59,662 bases of DNA from Muribaculaceae bacterium (GTDB lineage: Bacteria; Bacteroidota; Bacteroidia; Bacteroidales; Muribaculaceae): contig JAFZAK010000133.1 in NCBI GenBank assembly GCA_017557285.1, positions 1 through 59,662 of the forward strand, in the 5' to 3' direction. Shown piece after piece: positions 35,821 through 45,873 of the stretch. The notes under the pieces were generated by a model. That model ran no database searches. It saw only the letters and a program-made list of their open reading frames with translations, and had not been told where the DNA came from. The first letter of the stretch is position 1; each line of letters opens with the position of its first letter. A program made the translations under genes and the position numbers.

Positions 35821-36357
35821 TTATTTTACGACATAGATGTCGCTGAGGTTGCGAGCCTCGCCGTCGAGGTCCAGGCCGTAGCCAATGATGAACTTGGATG
35901 GAATCTCGAAGCCCACATATTCGGGCGGAGTGCCCAGCTGCAGCGACTCGGGTTTGAACAAGAGTGTGGCCATCTTGACACTGCGCGGGTTCCGTCCTAG
36001 CAACATCTGGCGCAATTGGAAGGCTGTTACGCCTGTGTCGACGATGTCTTCGATGATAATCACGTCGCGCCCCTCAATGTCTTCGCTGAGTCCCATGATT
36101 TCTCGCACCTTGCCAGTTGAGCTGGTACCCTCGTAGCTCTTGAAGCGGATGAAGGTTATCTCGGCATGGTTCATCTGGCAAGCGCGGAACAGGTCGGCAG
36201 CAAACATGAACGCCCCGTTGAGTACGCACAGGAAAATGGGGTTTTCGCTCTTGCAATCGCGGCGTATTTCAGCCGCCACCCGCTGCACTTGCTCGGCAAT
36301 CTGCTCACGCGTCAGATAGGGCACAAACTCAAGCCCTTTAAAAGTCACTGTATCCAT
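35821..36357 (-). CDS. hpt: Hypoxanthine phosphoribosyltransferase
   Basis: Start MDTVTFKG; VLNGAFMF, VIIIEDIVDTG and FIIGYGLD. Confidence 0.94.
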   Translation of the reverse strand: MDTVTFKGLEFVPYLTREQIAEQVQRVAAEIRRDCKSENPIFLCVLNGAFMFAADLFRACQMNHAEITFIRFKSYEGTSSTGKVREIMGLSEDIEGRDVIIIEDIVDTGVTAFQLRQMLLGRNPRSVKMATLLFKPESLQLGTPPEYVGFEIPSKFIIGYGLDLDGEARNLSDIYVVK

Positions 36358-36614
36358 AATCCAGAATTTTAGATAATTATCTTTCGCTTGCTTGACTTTG
36401 CTCTCGCCAAACCGAAAAGATGTGCAAAAGTAGTGAAGAAACTTTGTTTGCGCAAATGTTGGGCACGACAAAATATTTTTCAATAGTTTTTTTCGTTTTT
36501 TCGCGGCTTTCACACAAAAAAGAACTAACTTTGTATGCTTGAACCGAAGCCACCCGCACTACGTGGGTGCAATACACGCTTTAAACTACTCGAAAACAGC
36601 TTTATAAGCCTTTT

Positions 36615-38132
36615 ATGAAGATATTCACTACCGACGGCATTCGCCGCATTGAAGAGAAAACCATCGAGCGTGACAACCTCTCACGCCTCGATCTGATGGA
36701 ACGCGCCGCTGAGGCGGTCACCTATGAGATTGTCGCGCGTTGGCGCACTAGCAAACATATCATCATCTTCGCCGGCCCTGGCGACAACGGCGGTGACGGA
36801 CTGGCAGTAGCCCGCCTGCTGCACAACCAAGGCTACCACCCCGAGGTATACCTATTTAACATCCGTTCGTCGCAACTGTCCAAGTGCTGCTCTACCAACC
36901 GCGACCGTCTGTTAGAGTTAGAAGACATAGACTTTATCGAGGTCACCGACACATTCACTCCACCGGAACTCACCGAGAGCGACGTGGTCATCGACGCACT
37001 CTTCGGCTCGGGTCTGCGCGACCCGTTGCGCAGCGGCTACGCCCAGATGGTGCAGTATATCAACGACAGTGATTCTTATGTCGTTTCGATTGACATGCCC
37101 TCGGGCTTATTCGGCGAGTGGAACATGGGCACCGATCCGCGCAACATCATCTGCGCCGACTTGACCTTGACGTTCAACTTCCGCCGCCTTTCGTTCTTTT
37201 TCCAAGAGAATGCCCGCTACATTGGCGACCTGAAGATTTTGGACCTGGAGATGAGTACCGACGCCATTGCTGCCACACCCACCGACTTCTACCTCATTGA
37301 GCACGAGGATGCGCACAACATGATTAGTGAGCGCGACCCGTTCAGTAACAAATATGACTACGGCACCATCCTTCTCATCGCCGGCAGTTACGGCATGATG
37401 GGGGCTGCCATCCTTGCCTCTCGCGCAGCCATGCGTTCGGGCGCAGGTTTAGTTACCGTCCATGCGCCCCGCTGTGGTTACGGTCCCTTGCAGACCGCTG
37501 TTCCCGAGGTGATTTTTGAACCTGACCGTGGCGAGATTTACACCTCACAGATTGACATTCACCACCAGTATAGCGTTGTTGCGCTGGGTCCTGGCATCGG
37601 TACCAGCGACGAGACTGTCGAGGCCGTCGATGCCTTTCTGAAGAGTTTCCGTCGTCCCTGCTTGCTCGATGCCGACGCGCTGAATTGTATCGCTCGCCGC
37701 CCGATGTTGTTGCGTAGCATTCCCAAGGGCTCGGTTCTCACGCCTCATGCCAACGAGTTTGACCGTCTCTTCGGCGAGCACCACACCGACGAGGAGCGTC
37801 TGCGCAAGGCTATTGAGGTCTCGCGTCTCTATGAGATTACGATTGTGCTCAAGGGTCACCACACAATGACTGTCCGTCCCGACGGCAAGGTGTATATCAA
37901 CAGTAGCGGTAACGCAGGTATGGCTACCGCAGGCAGTGGCGATGTGCTTACCGGCGTCATTGCCGCGCTCATCGCACAAGGCTACATGCCCGACTGGGCA
38001 GTGGCGTTAGGCATCTATTTGCATGGATTGTCGGGCGACCTTGCCGCCCAGGAACACGACACCTATGGTGTGATGGCGAGCGACATAGTCGAGAACATGG
38101 GCCGTGCCATCCACGATGTGGTGCGTAGATAG
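36615..38132 (+). CDS. nnr: Bifunctional NAD(P)H-hydrate epimerase/dehydratase
   Basis: LMERAA, GPGDNGGDG, IDALFGSG, GPGIG, LTPHANEF and ATAGSGDVLTG. Confidence 0.93.
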   Translation: MKIFTTDGIRRIEEKTIERDNLSRLDLMERAAEAVTYEIVARWRTSKHIIIFAGPGDNGGDGLAVARLLHNQGYHPEVYLFNIRSSQLSKCCSTNRDRLLELEDIDFIEVTDTFTPPELTESDVVIDALFGSGLRDPLRSGYAQMVQYINDSDSYVVSIDMPSGLFGEWNMGTDPRNIICADLTLTFNFRRLSFFFQENARYIGDLKILDLEMSTDAIAATPTDFYLIEHEDAHNMISERDPFSNKYDYGTILLIAGSYGMMGAAILASRAAMRSGAGLVTVHAPRCGYGPLQTAVPEVIFEPDRGEIYTSQIDIHHQYSVVALGPGIGTSDETVEAVDAFLKSFRRPCLLDADALNCIARRPMLLRSIPKGSVLTPHANEFDRLFGEHHTDEERLRKAIEVSRLYEITIVLKGHHTMTVRPDGKVYINSSGNAGMATAGSGDVLTGVIAALIAQGYMPDWAVALGIYLHGLSGDLAAQEHDTYGVMASDIVENMGRAIHDVVRR

Positions 38133-38148
38133 TAAATCTCTAGCTTTA

Positions 38149-38412
38149 CTAATCAGCCAACAGGAATATTACGAGAAGGATTTGTGCAATGAGAATGGTG
38201 GGGATACCAATGGTGAACCGGGTGTGGCGCGTCTTGTGACGTAACAGCAACATTGCCAACAGAGCACCTATCGAACCACCGATGACGGCAAGCATCACCA
38301 ATGTGCCCTCGCTGGTTCGCCACAAGTGCTTCTTCGCACGTCGCTTATCATCAGCATAGACCACAAAGGTAATCAGATTGATTAAGATCAAATATATCAA
38401 CAAATACTTCAT
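38149..38412 (-). CDS. DUF1294-family small membrane protein
   Basis: DKRRAKK..WR.SE..L....GGSIGA..AM...RHKT. Confidence 0.88.
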   Translation of the reverse strand: MKYLLIYLILINLITFVVYADDKRRAKKHLWRTSEGTLVMLAVIGGSIGALLAMLLLRHKTRHTRFTIGIPTILIAQILLVIFLLAD

Positions 38413-38547
38413 GGGCATCAATCTCCTAAAAACTTGACAAAGGTACGACATTTTTTTATTTCCGCAATAAATAAAATGATTTTTTTGCTCATCTTTTAGG
38501 GAATTGCGAAAAATTACTACAATTCACAACATTTATATCAGAACTTT

Positions 38548-40002
38548 ATGACTCAAGTCCCGTCTTCTCAAGCCGTGTTCGACCTGTTCAAGCAACTCAA
38601 CAACACGCCACGCCCATCGCATCACGAGGAGCGCATTGCTGACTTCCTGTGTCAATTTGCCCAGCGTCTAGGTCTGGATTATACGCGTGACGACCACAAT
38701 TGTGTGGTCATCCGCAAGGCCGCCACGCCTGGCCATGAGGATGCCACTCCCATCGTCATCCTCAACCACATGGACATGGTTTGCGTTGCTGAACCCGGCA
38801 AGCAGTTCGACCCATTGAATGATGCTATCGAGGCCTACACAGAGGATGGTTGGATGCATGCCCGTGGCACCTCACTCGGTGCTGACAATGGCATCGGCCT
38901 GTCGATGGCACTCGCCATCTTGCAGGATGACACCATCGTTCACGGTCCATTGGAGGTCATCACAACCACCAACGAGGAAGATGGCATGACAGGGGCATCA
39001 AACCTTTCGCCCGATTTCATCCGTGGACGCAAGGTAATCAATCTGGATAGCGAGGACTATGACACCATTACCACAGGTGCCGCCGGTGCTTATCTACAAA
39101 TCCACCACCTGCCCATCACGCGAGTGAACGCTCCACGCGGACACAAATGGTACCGCGTTGCAGTAGACGGCGGCCGTGGCGGACACTCGGGTGTGGACAT
39201 CAACAAGGGGCGCGCCAGTGCGACATTGCTGCTTTGGGCATTGCTCAACGCCATTGCCGAGGAGACCATCGTCAATGTGGCCCACCTGCAAGTGGGCGAT
39301 GCCAGCGCATCCATAGCCAGCCGTGGTGAGGCCATCATTTGTGTGCCTGCGGAAGATGCCGTTGAGGAAGTTGAAGATCGTGAGCCGCATTTCAACGAGT
39401 GGCTACACAACGAGTATGGCGAGACCGACCCTGATGTGCGCTGTACAATTACCCCATGCGAACCCTGCGAACAAGTTATCAACCCCAATCAGGTGGCTGC
39501 GTTGATGTTCGCACTCGAAGAAACCCCTCAAGGCGTGATTGCCATGAGCCAAACCATGGCCGGCACGGTTCATACCTCGAATAATGTGGGCATGATCCGC
39601 ACCGAGCAAGATGAGATTACCGTGAGCACGCACACCCGCAGTTTCGACGTCGACGAGATGGAACAGACTGGGCTGCAAATCAAGGAAGTCTTTGCCCAGG
39701 CGGGTGCAACGACCGAATTGGTCATGTCAGCACCGGCCTGGCAAGAGAACCCCGACAGTGACTTTATCAATCTCACGAGCGATGTGTTCAACGACGTGCT
39801 AGGGTGGCGTCCACGCAAGGTGGCGATGCACTTTGTGCTCGAGGCTGGATTTTTCGTGCAGAAGTATCCGGGTATCGAGATGGCATCTATCGGACCGCGC
39901 ATCGTTGAGCCGCACAGCACGCGTGAGCGCGTTGAGCTGCAAACCATTGACGACATCTGGCGCGTGACCATCGAACTCCTCGCCCGCTTAGCGGCAGTAT
40001 AA
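38548..40002 (+). CDS. pepD: Aminoacyl-histidine dipeptidase (M20C)
   Basis: PRPSHHE, HMDMVC, LGADNGIG, EEDGM, NLDSE and GGHSG. Confidence 0.9.
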   Translation: MTQVPSSQAVFDLFKQLNNTPRPSHHEERIADFLCQFAQRLGLDYTRDDHNCVVIRKAATPGHEDATPIVILNHMDMVCVAEPGKQFDPLNDAIEAYTEDGWMHARGTSLGADNGIGLSMALAILQDDTIVHGPLEVITTTNEEDGMTGASNLSPDFIRGRKVINLDSEDYDTITTGAAGAYLQIHHLPITRVNAPRGHKWYRVAVDGGRGGHSGVDINKGRASATLLLWALLNAIAEETIVNVAHLQVGDASASIASRGEAIICVPAEDAVEEVEDREPHFNEWLHNEYGETDPDVRCTITPCEPCEQVINPNQVAALMFALEETPQGVIAMSQTMAGTVHTSNNVGMIRTEQDEITVSTHTRSFDVDEMEQTGLQIKEVFAQAGATTELVMSAPAWQENPDSDFINLTSDVFNDVLGWRPRKVAMHFVLEAGFFVQKYPGIEMASIGPRIVEPHSTRERVELQTIDDIWRVTIELLARLAAV

Positions 40003-40010
40003 CCTCGCTG

Positions 40011-40811
40011 ATGATTATTGAAATCAAGTCTTTAAACGAACCAGGTGTGGAGGTATATGGTTCGTTGACCGAGGCGCAACTGCGTAACCGGTTGGACCCT
40101 GAGCGTGGCATCTTTATCGCCGAGAGCCCCAAGGTCATCGCGGTGGCACTGGATGCAGGCTATGAACCTTTGTCGCTGATGTGCGAAAGGCGGCACCTGA
40201 CCGGTGATGCTGCACCCATCATCGCGCGTTGTGGTGACATCCCTGTTTATACCGGTGAACGCGAGTTGTTGGCAAGTCTTACAGGCTATACGCTAACGCG
40301 CGGCGTGCTCTGCGCGATGCGTCGTCCACTACCCCGTCCCATAGAAGAGGTGTGCCGTGAAGCACGACGTGTTGTCGTCATCGACGGAGTGACCGACACC
40401 ACCAACATCGGAGCCATATTTCGCTCGGCAGCAGCATTAGGCATTGATGCCGTGTTGCTCACGCCTACAGCATGCGACCCACTCAACCGCCGTGCAGTTC
40501 GTGTGTCGATGGGCAGCGTATTTCTCGTGCCTTGGACGTGGCTGGAACAGCCCATTCAATCGCTCAATTCATTGGGTTTCAAGACCGTTGCGATGGCATT
40601 GACCGACCGTTCAGTCCCCATCGATGATCCCGCCCTGTGCGCCGAACCGCGTTTGGCCATCATCATGGGCACCGAGGGCGACGGTCTAGCCCATAACACC
40701 ATACACCAGGCCGACTACGTTGCCCGCATTCCCATGCAGCACGGTGTCGACTCGCTCAATGTCGCAGCCGCTGCTGCCGTTGCTTTTTGGCAACTGCGCC
40801 CTCAGGGTTAA
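40011..40811 (+). CDS. TrmH/SpoU-family RNA methyltransferase
   Basis: NIGAIFRSAAALG, MGTEGDGL and IPMQHGVDSLNVAAA. Confidence 0.92.
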   Translation: MIIEIKSLNEPGVEVYGSLTEAQLRNRLDPERGIFIAESPKVIAVALDAGYEPLSLMCERRHLTGDAAPIIARCGDIPVYTGERELLASLTGYTLTRGVLCAMRRPLPRPIEEVCREARRVVVIDGVTDTTNIGAIFRSAAALGIDAVLLTPTACDPLNRRAVRVSMGSVFLVPWTWLEQPIQSLNSLGFKTVAMALTDRSVPIDDPALCAEPRLAIIMGTEGDGLAHNTIHQADYVARIPMQHGVDSLNVAAAAAVAFWQLRPQG

Positions 40812-40882
40812 GCGTTTTTCATTACACACCTTGTAATAATTTGGCCCAAGTCTGCGTCAAATAGGAAAAGTCATTCAACAAT

Positions 40883-41803
40883 ATGGATAATTTCATTGAA
40901 ATTCGAGATGTCGTCAAGCAGTATGACGGACATCTGGCACTAGACCATGTGAGCATGAACGTGCCACAAGGATGCATCTATGGCCTGCTGGGACCCAATG
41001 GTGCCGGCAAGACCTCACTAATACGCATTATCAACCGCATTACCCACCAAGACAGTGGTGAGGTGTTGCTCGACGGGCGCACCATCACCGATGACGATGT
41101 AGCGCACATCGGCTACCTGCCCGAGGAGCGCGGTCTGTACAAAAAGATGAAGGTTGGCGAACAAATCGTCTACCTCGCCCGCCTCAAGGGCATGGAGAAG
41201 GCCACTGCTTACAACGAGATGCAGCAATGGCTTGATCGTTTTGACTTGGGTGAATGGCGCGACAAGAAGCTTGAGGCGCTGAGCAAGGGTATGCAACAAA
41301 AGGTTCAGTTTATCGCCACGGTCATCCACCGTCCGCGTCTACTCATCTTCGACGAGCCGTTTTCGGGCTTTGACCCCGTCAATGCTGACCAACTGAAGGT
41401 TGAGATTCTGCGACTGAAGCAAGAAGGCAGCACGGTGTTGTTCTCAACACACAACATGGAGAGTGTCGAGGCCATCTGCGAGCGCATCACGCTCATCAAT
41501 CACTCACGAGTGGTGCTTGAGGGCCTCGTTGACGAGATTCGCCAGCAGCACAAGCAAGGCATCCTCGCCGTCGAGCTGCCCAAGGGTGAAGCACTCGAAG
41601 CCAACGACGCGCTCTACACCATCCTGCCTCAGCAACCCGGTGACCATGAGACGCAAGTGCGCCTCAACGCCGGCGTGACCATGCACGATGCAATCGCCTG
41701 GCTGAACGACCACCGCAACTTGTGCGGCTTCCACGAGATTCTTCCGTCGATGCACGACATTTTCATCAACACCGTAAAAGACCAGAACCATGAGCAAGCT
41801 TAA
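40883..41803 (+). CDS. ABC transporter ATP-binding protein (NatA-like)
   Basis: GPNGAGKT, LSKGMQQ and IFDEPFSG. Confidence 0.93.
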   Translation: MDNFIEIRDVVKQYDGHLALDHVSMNVPQGCIYGLLGPNGAGKTSLIRIINRITHQDSGEVLLDGRTITDDDVAHIGYLPEERGLYKKMKVGEQIVYLARLKGMEKATAYNEMQQWLDRFDLGEWRDKKLEALSKGMQQKVQFIATVIHRPRLLIFDEPFSGFDPVNADQLKVEILRLKQEGSTVLFSTHNMESVEAICERITLINHSRVVLEGLVDEIRQQHKQGILAVELPKGEALEANDALYTILPQQPGDHETQVRLNAGVTMHDAIAWLNDHRNLCGFHEILPSMHDIFINTVKDQNHEQA

Positions 41804-43115
41804 ATTGATTATCGCCCGTGAATATATGTCGATGGTGGGACGCAAGTCGTTCATCATCATGACTATACTTATCCCAATTTTGATGATTGCGTGCATCTTA
41901 CTGCCCATCGGCATCGGCTACCTTAACCATGAGGGCAGCGAGACCGAGAATGTGGCGGTCATCGACGAGACCGGCCGCTATGCCAGCGCCATCGAGGACA
42001 CCGACCTGTTCCACTTCGTTCCGCTGAGCGGCGATACGGTCACCGACCCGCACCAGTTCTACACCAACGCTGGCGAAAGTCTGACGGCAATGGTAATTAT
42101 CCCGCGCGACGTCGACTCGACCCACCAGGTGACCATCTACAGCGACAAGACTGTGAACGCCTCATTAAAGATGCAAATCAATCGTCAGATGAGCGACACG
42201 CTCACGCGCGCTCATGTAGCGAGTTATGGCGTGCCTAACCTGCAGAAAATGATTGACGAGTCGAGCGTAGATGTCGACGTTAAAAGCGTGAAATGGGGCG
42301 AGGACGGCTCGGAGACCGAGTCAAGCAGTGAGATTGCCATGGGCATCGGCTTTGCCCTCTCTTTCCTTATTTATATGTTCGTGCTGATGTATGGTGCCAT
42401 GATCATGAACGGCGTCATCGAGGAGAAGACCAACCGCATTGTTGAGGTCATCGTGAGTTCTTGTAAACCATTCCAACTGATGATGGGAAAGATTATCGGT
42501 GTTGCGTTGGTGGGTCTGACACAACTTGCTATCTGGACGGTGGTGATGCTCGCCCTAAGCATGGTTGCGGGCAGTTTCATCGGTCTGGCCTCGGGCGACA
42601 TCTTCTCGATGGGCAATGACCCCGCCGCATTGCAAGCCGCGTTACAAAAGAGCGGCAATGCCGACATGACTCAGATAATCCAAGCCATCCTGGGTGTGAA
42701 CTATCTGCAGATTTTCACCTGCTTCGTGTTCTACTTCGTAGGCGGTTATTTGCTCTATGCCGCATTGTTCGCCGCCTTCGGTTCGGCAGTTGACCAGGCA
42801 GCCGATGCCTCGCAATTCACCACACCCATTATCATCATCATGATTATCGCACTGTATGCTGGTATGGCCTGCATTGAAAATCCCAATGGCCCGATGGCAC
42901 TGTGGTGTTCGATGATTCCGTTTACTTCGCCCATCGTGATGATGATTCGCTTGCCCTACGATGTCCCATTCTGGCAATTGGCATTAAGCATCTTCTTGCT
43001 GTTCGCCACCGCCGCCGCCACCGTATGGATCGCCTCGCGCATCTACCGCACCGGCATCCTGCTCTACGGCAAGAAGACCAGCTACAAGGACATCTTCCGC
43101 TGGCTCCGGCATTGA
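41790..43115 (+). CDS. ABC-2 transporter permease (NatB-like)
   Basis: GVIEEKTNRIVEVIVSS, GGYLLYA and IPFTSPIVM. Confidence 0.9.
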   Translation: MSKLKLIIAREYMSMVGRKSFIIMTILIPILMIACILLPIGIGYLNHEGSETENVAVIDETGRYASAIEDTDLFHFVPLSGDTVTDPHQFYTNAGESLTAMVIIPRDVDSTHQVTIYSDKTVNASLKMQINRQMSDTLTRAHVASYGVPNLQKMIDESSVDVDVKSVKWGEDGSETESSSEIAMGIGFALSFLIYMFVLMYGAMIMNGVIEEKTNRIVEVIVSSCKPFQLMMGKIIGVALVGLTQLAIWTVVMLALSMVAGSFIGLASGDIFSMGNDPAALQAALQKSGNADMTQIIQAILGVNYLQIFTCFVFYFVGGYLLYAALFAAFGSAVDQAADASQFTTPIIIIMIIALYAGMACIENPNGPMALWCSMIPFTSPIVMMIRLPYDVPFWQLALSIFLLFATAAATVWIASRIYRTGILLYGKKTSYKDIFRWLRH

Positions 43116-43173
43116 TGGAGATAGTGAACTGACCGAGTTCGCTGACCGAAGGTCGGCAATGGTGAAAAATAAT

Positions 43174-43209
43174 GATGTGCGGCACTCATTGAGTTGGGTG
43201 CCGCACATC
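43174..43209. terminator. Hairpin between convergent genes
   Basis: GATGTGCGGCAC...GTGCCGCACATC. Confidence 0.75.
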
Positions 43210-43227
43210 GTGTTATGTCGCTAGATG

Positions 43228-44178
43228 CTAGAAAACGAGGGCGAAATTGTCGACCCACAGGGTCATGCCAATGGTACCGATGTAGGCTGTGCCGCAACCG
43301 CTGCTTGCCATGAGCAGCATGTGGGTGGGTTGCGCGTTGGCGTCGTCCCACTTCTCCTCGGGACATTTGACCATCTTGCCCTTGCTGTTGCGGGCATAGT
43401 AGCTCTTCTCACCGTTGATTAGTCCCATATAACTCTGGTAGCCAGCGTGATTGGTGATATCGCCATACCAGATGGGGATGCGGTGGCCATTCACCCAGTT
43501 GGTCGAGTTGCCGAAGCGCTGGCGGCCTGTGCCCACACGGGCTGCGTGAAGGTTGCCTTTGCTGTCTTCCCAGCGGCGCTGCAAGATGATGAACACCTCG
43601 GCGTAGTCACGGCCAGCAACAGTCTTCTTGGCACTGAAACCTGTGCTCTGCGTGCGGTTGCCCGTAGGAGCATTGAGTTTGTAGTCAAACTGCAGGAACT
43701 TGGGGCGTTGCGTGTAGGGGATGCCCATCTCCATCTTGCTGTAGGGATTCTTGGTGCTTGACAATGGCTCAATCATCTTGCCCAGGAATATCGAGCCACT
43801 CACCAGCACATCCATGTTGATGATGCCCACCGCCTTAACGTGCTCGAGCGTTGTGGTAAGCTTGGCACACTTTCCGCTGCCATGCGCGTCGGGATAGACA
43901 GCGTTACTGGTCTTTACCACGCCCATGACTTTGGCATAGACGTTGCTTGACCCCCAGGGCGATCCGCCCAAGTTGGTATAGGCTTTTGCGCCGTTGATGG
44001 TCTGTGTCGGACCAATCTCATAGACATTCTTTGTCTGGCCGCCGATGACGCCGCTCTCCTTAATAACGCGCGTTATCCACTGGTCCATGTTGCCATACTT
44101 GATAGGCACCACTTTCTGTGCATGGGTCGCTAGGGTTGTCAGCCCAAACGCCACAGCAATTAAAATCAACTTTTTCAT
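43228..44178 (-). CDS. PCMD (putative carbohydrate metabolism domain) secreted protein
   Basis: Signal peptide MKKLILIA; SPWGSSN, GSIFLG, GIPYTQRP and TLWVDNF. Confidence 0.75.
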   Translation of the reverse strand: MKKLILIAVAFGLTTLATHAQKVVPIKYGNMDQWITRVIKESGVIGGQTKNVYEIGPTQTINGAKAYTNLGGSPWGSSNVYAKVMGVVKTSNAVYPDAHGSGKCAKLTTTLEHVKAVGIINMDVLVSGSIFLGKMIEPLSSTKNPYSKMEMGIPYTQRPKFLQFDYKLNAPTGNRTQSTGFSAKKTVAGRDYAEVFIILQRRWEDSKGNLHAARVGTGRQRFGNSTNWVNGHRIPIWYGDITNHAGYQSYMGLINGEKSYYARNSKGKMVKCPEEKWDDANAQPTHMLLMASSGCGTAYIGTIGMTLWVDNFALVF

Positions 44179-44211
44179 TATCGTCATTTTTATTGTTTTT
44201 TAGTTCTGATA

Positions 44212-44236
44212 GTCCCCTATGGGATTTAGGGGGGGC
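44212..44236. repeat. C/G-rich palindrome, degenerate copy
   Basis: GTCCCCTATGGGATTTAGGGGGGGC directly after the DUF2851 stop. Confidence 0.6.
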
Positions 44237-44237
44237 C

Positions 44238-45518
44238 TTAGCCTTTCGCAGCCTGACTGAGTAGTCGGTGCCCGATGCGGCAGTAGATGCATTTGCGTGC
44301 GTCGCAGTAGGACTTGCGCAACTGGATCAGTGCCTGCGAGGTCAGTGCGTCGTCGCATCGGAGGCCCGCTTGCACAAACGTCGCCACGATGGCGTTCTGC
44401 TCGGGTCGCAATGACTCGAGCAATGCGATGGCACGGTCACTCATCTGGTAGTCGTCGGTCAACTCGCCGTAGGCGTAGTAGAGCGGTGCCACCAAGTTGA
44501 TGAGCACGATGTCGATGCTGGACTTACTTAATGCCGAGGTTGTCATGGCTTGCTCCTTGCCGAAGGAGTAGTGCCGAGACCAATAGCCCGTCAGTTCAAC
44601 CTGGAACAGCTGGCGCAGTTCTTTCTCGCCATTGCACTCCAAGATGCGGTGCATCAAGTTGAACCCATCGTGTACATAATGCGCCAGCAGTGCTATACGG
44701 CGATAGGGAAAGTTCTGCGGTCGGATGCGGAACAGTTTCCATGCTTCACCTTCTAATGGGCGCAGTGAGAACTTGTTGGTAAGGAATGCGTACTCGCGCC
44801 GTAATTGTTCGACGTAGGGGTCACCGTTGTCCTTCACGTCTTGCAGCAATCCTGCCTGGCCCAGCAACAGAGCCTCGAGTTGCAGCAGCGAGTCGCTGTG
44901 CTTGTGCAATAGGCGCAATGGTGTGCGCCGTGCCAAACGCTCAAGTGCGTCACTGTTGATGCCGAACCCCAGCGTGCGTGCCAACGAAACATAACAGACA
45001 TCCTCCCAACTTCCGGCATACATGTCGCGCAATTCACGCAAGTGGTCAACCTTGCCATGCAGACGCTCGAAGGCCAATGCCTGCATCCACTCAGTGATAA
45101 CGAGAGTAGGTATCTGCGATAACTGCGATGCACAAGGTAATTCAGTACGTGCGTTTACTAGGCGGTCGAGGCTTTCGCCAAACCGCGGCGAACACTCAAG
45201 TACCACTTGCGGGATGCGCTCGCCGTTGGTACGGTAGACTGGAGCGTCATCATACTGCACTACATGCAGCACCACATTGTCATAGGCGCGGTCGTTGTCG
45301 TGGCCGTGGCGGCGCCAATCGGTAGCGCGGACGTGAATCTCGACGTTGCCAACCCACACATTGCCGTCTATTTCGATCTTGGCGTTAAAGAAGTCAGGAC
45401 CCGCATCGCGGTTGAGCAACCCAGGGTCAAGCACACGCACGCGATGGCCATCGTTGGTGACCATGTCTTCGCTGCGCCACAAGCGGTGCTGCCACACATA
45501 TTGTAATAGTTGCTCCAT
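44238..45518 (-). CDS. DUF2851-family protein
   Basis: Start MEQLLQYVWQH; GPDFFNA, WVGNVEIH, RPQNFP..R and C-terminal C..C..C.IG. Confidence 0.88.
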   Translation of the reverse strand: MEQLLQYVWQHRLWRSEDMVTNDGHRVRVLDPGLLNRDAGPDFFNAKIEIDGNVWVGNVEIHVRATDWRRHGHDNDRAYDNVVLHVVQYDDAPVYRTNGERIPQVVLECSPRFGESLDRLVNARTELPCASQLSQIPTLVITEWMQALAFERLHGKVDHLRELRDMYAGSWEDVCYVSLARTLGFGINSDALERLARRTPLRLLHKHSDSLLQLEALLLGQAGLLQDVKDNGDPYVEQLRREYAFLTNKFSLRPLEGEAWKLFRIRPQNFPYRRIALLAHYVHDGFNLMHRILECNGEKELRQLFQVELTGYWSRHYSFGKEQAMTTSALSKSSIDIVLINLVAPLYYAYGELTDDYQMSDRAIALLESLRPEQNAIVATFVQAGLRCDDALTSQALIQLRKSYCDARKCIYCRIGHRLLSQAAKG

Positions 45519-45564
45519 TGATAATTGGACTTGATTGGGTTCCCAAAGTTTATCCAGCCTCAGT

Positions 45565-45597
45565 AAAAACTGACAACTGATTACTGAAAACTGATAA
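45565..45597 (+). repeat. Four-heptamer array upstream of tRNA-Phe
   Basis: AAAAA CTGACAA CTGATTA CTGAAAA CTGATAA. Confidence 0.75.
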
Positions 45598-45710
45598 TTT
45601 TTTTGCGGGGCGAAAGTACACATTTTTCACCACATAGGGGGTAAAAAGGCACCAAAAAATGCCACTATTAAGCGATTTACGACATTTTTCCTCATTTTTT
45701 CCAGAAAAAA

Positions 45711-45742
45711 TTTGGTCAGTTCAAAAAGTCGCCGTAACTTTG
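45711..45742 (+). promoter_or_regulatory. Bacteroidetes sigma-A promoter of tRNA-Phe
   Basis: TTTG-N20-TAACTTTG. Confidence 0.75.
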
Positions 45743-45760
45743 CACCCGCAAAACAAACGA

Positions 45761-45832
45761 GGTACCTTAGCTCAGCGGTAGAGCAGTGGACTGAAAATCC
45801 GCGTGTCCCTGGTTCGATTCCCGGAGGTACCA
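45761..45832 (+). tRNA. tRNA-Phe (GAA)
   Basis: GGTACCT/AGGTACC acceptor, GTGGA-CTGAAAA-TCCGC anticodon arm, GGTTCGATTCC. Confidence 0.96.
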
Positions 45833-45834
45833 CG

Positions 45835-45865
45835 AAAAAGACCTAGCCAAACGGCTAGGTCTTTT
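45835..45865. terminator. Bidirectional terminator
   Basis: AAAAAGACCTAGCC-AAAC-GGCTAGGTCTTTT. Confidence 0.88.
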
Positions 45866-45873
45866 GCTTTATA

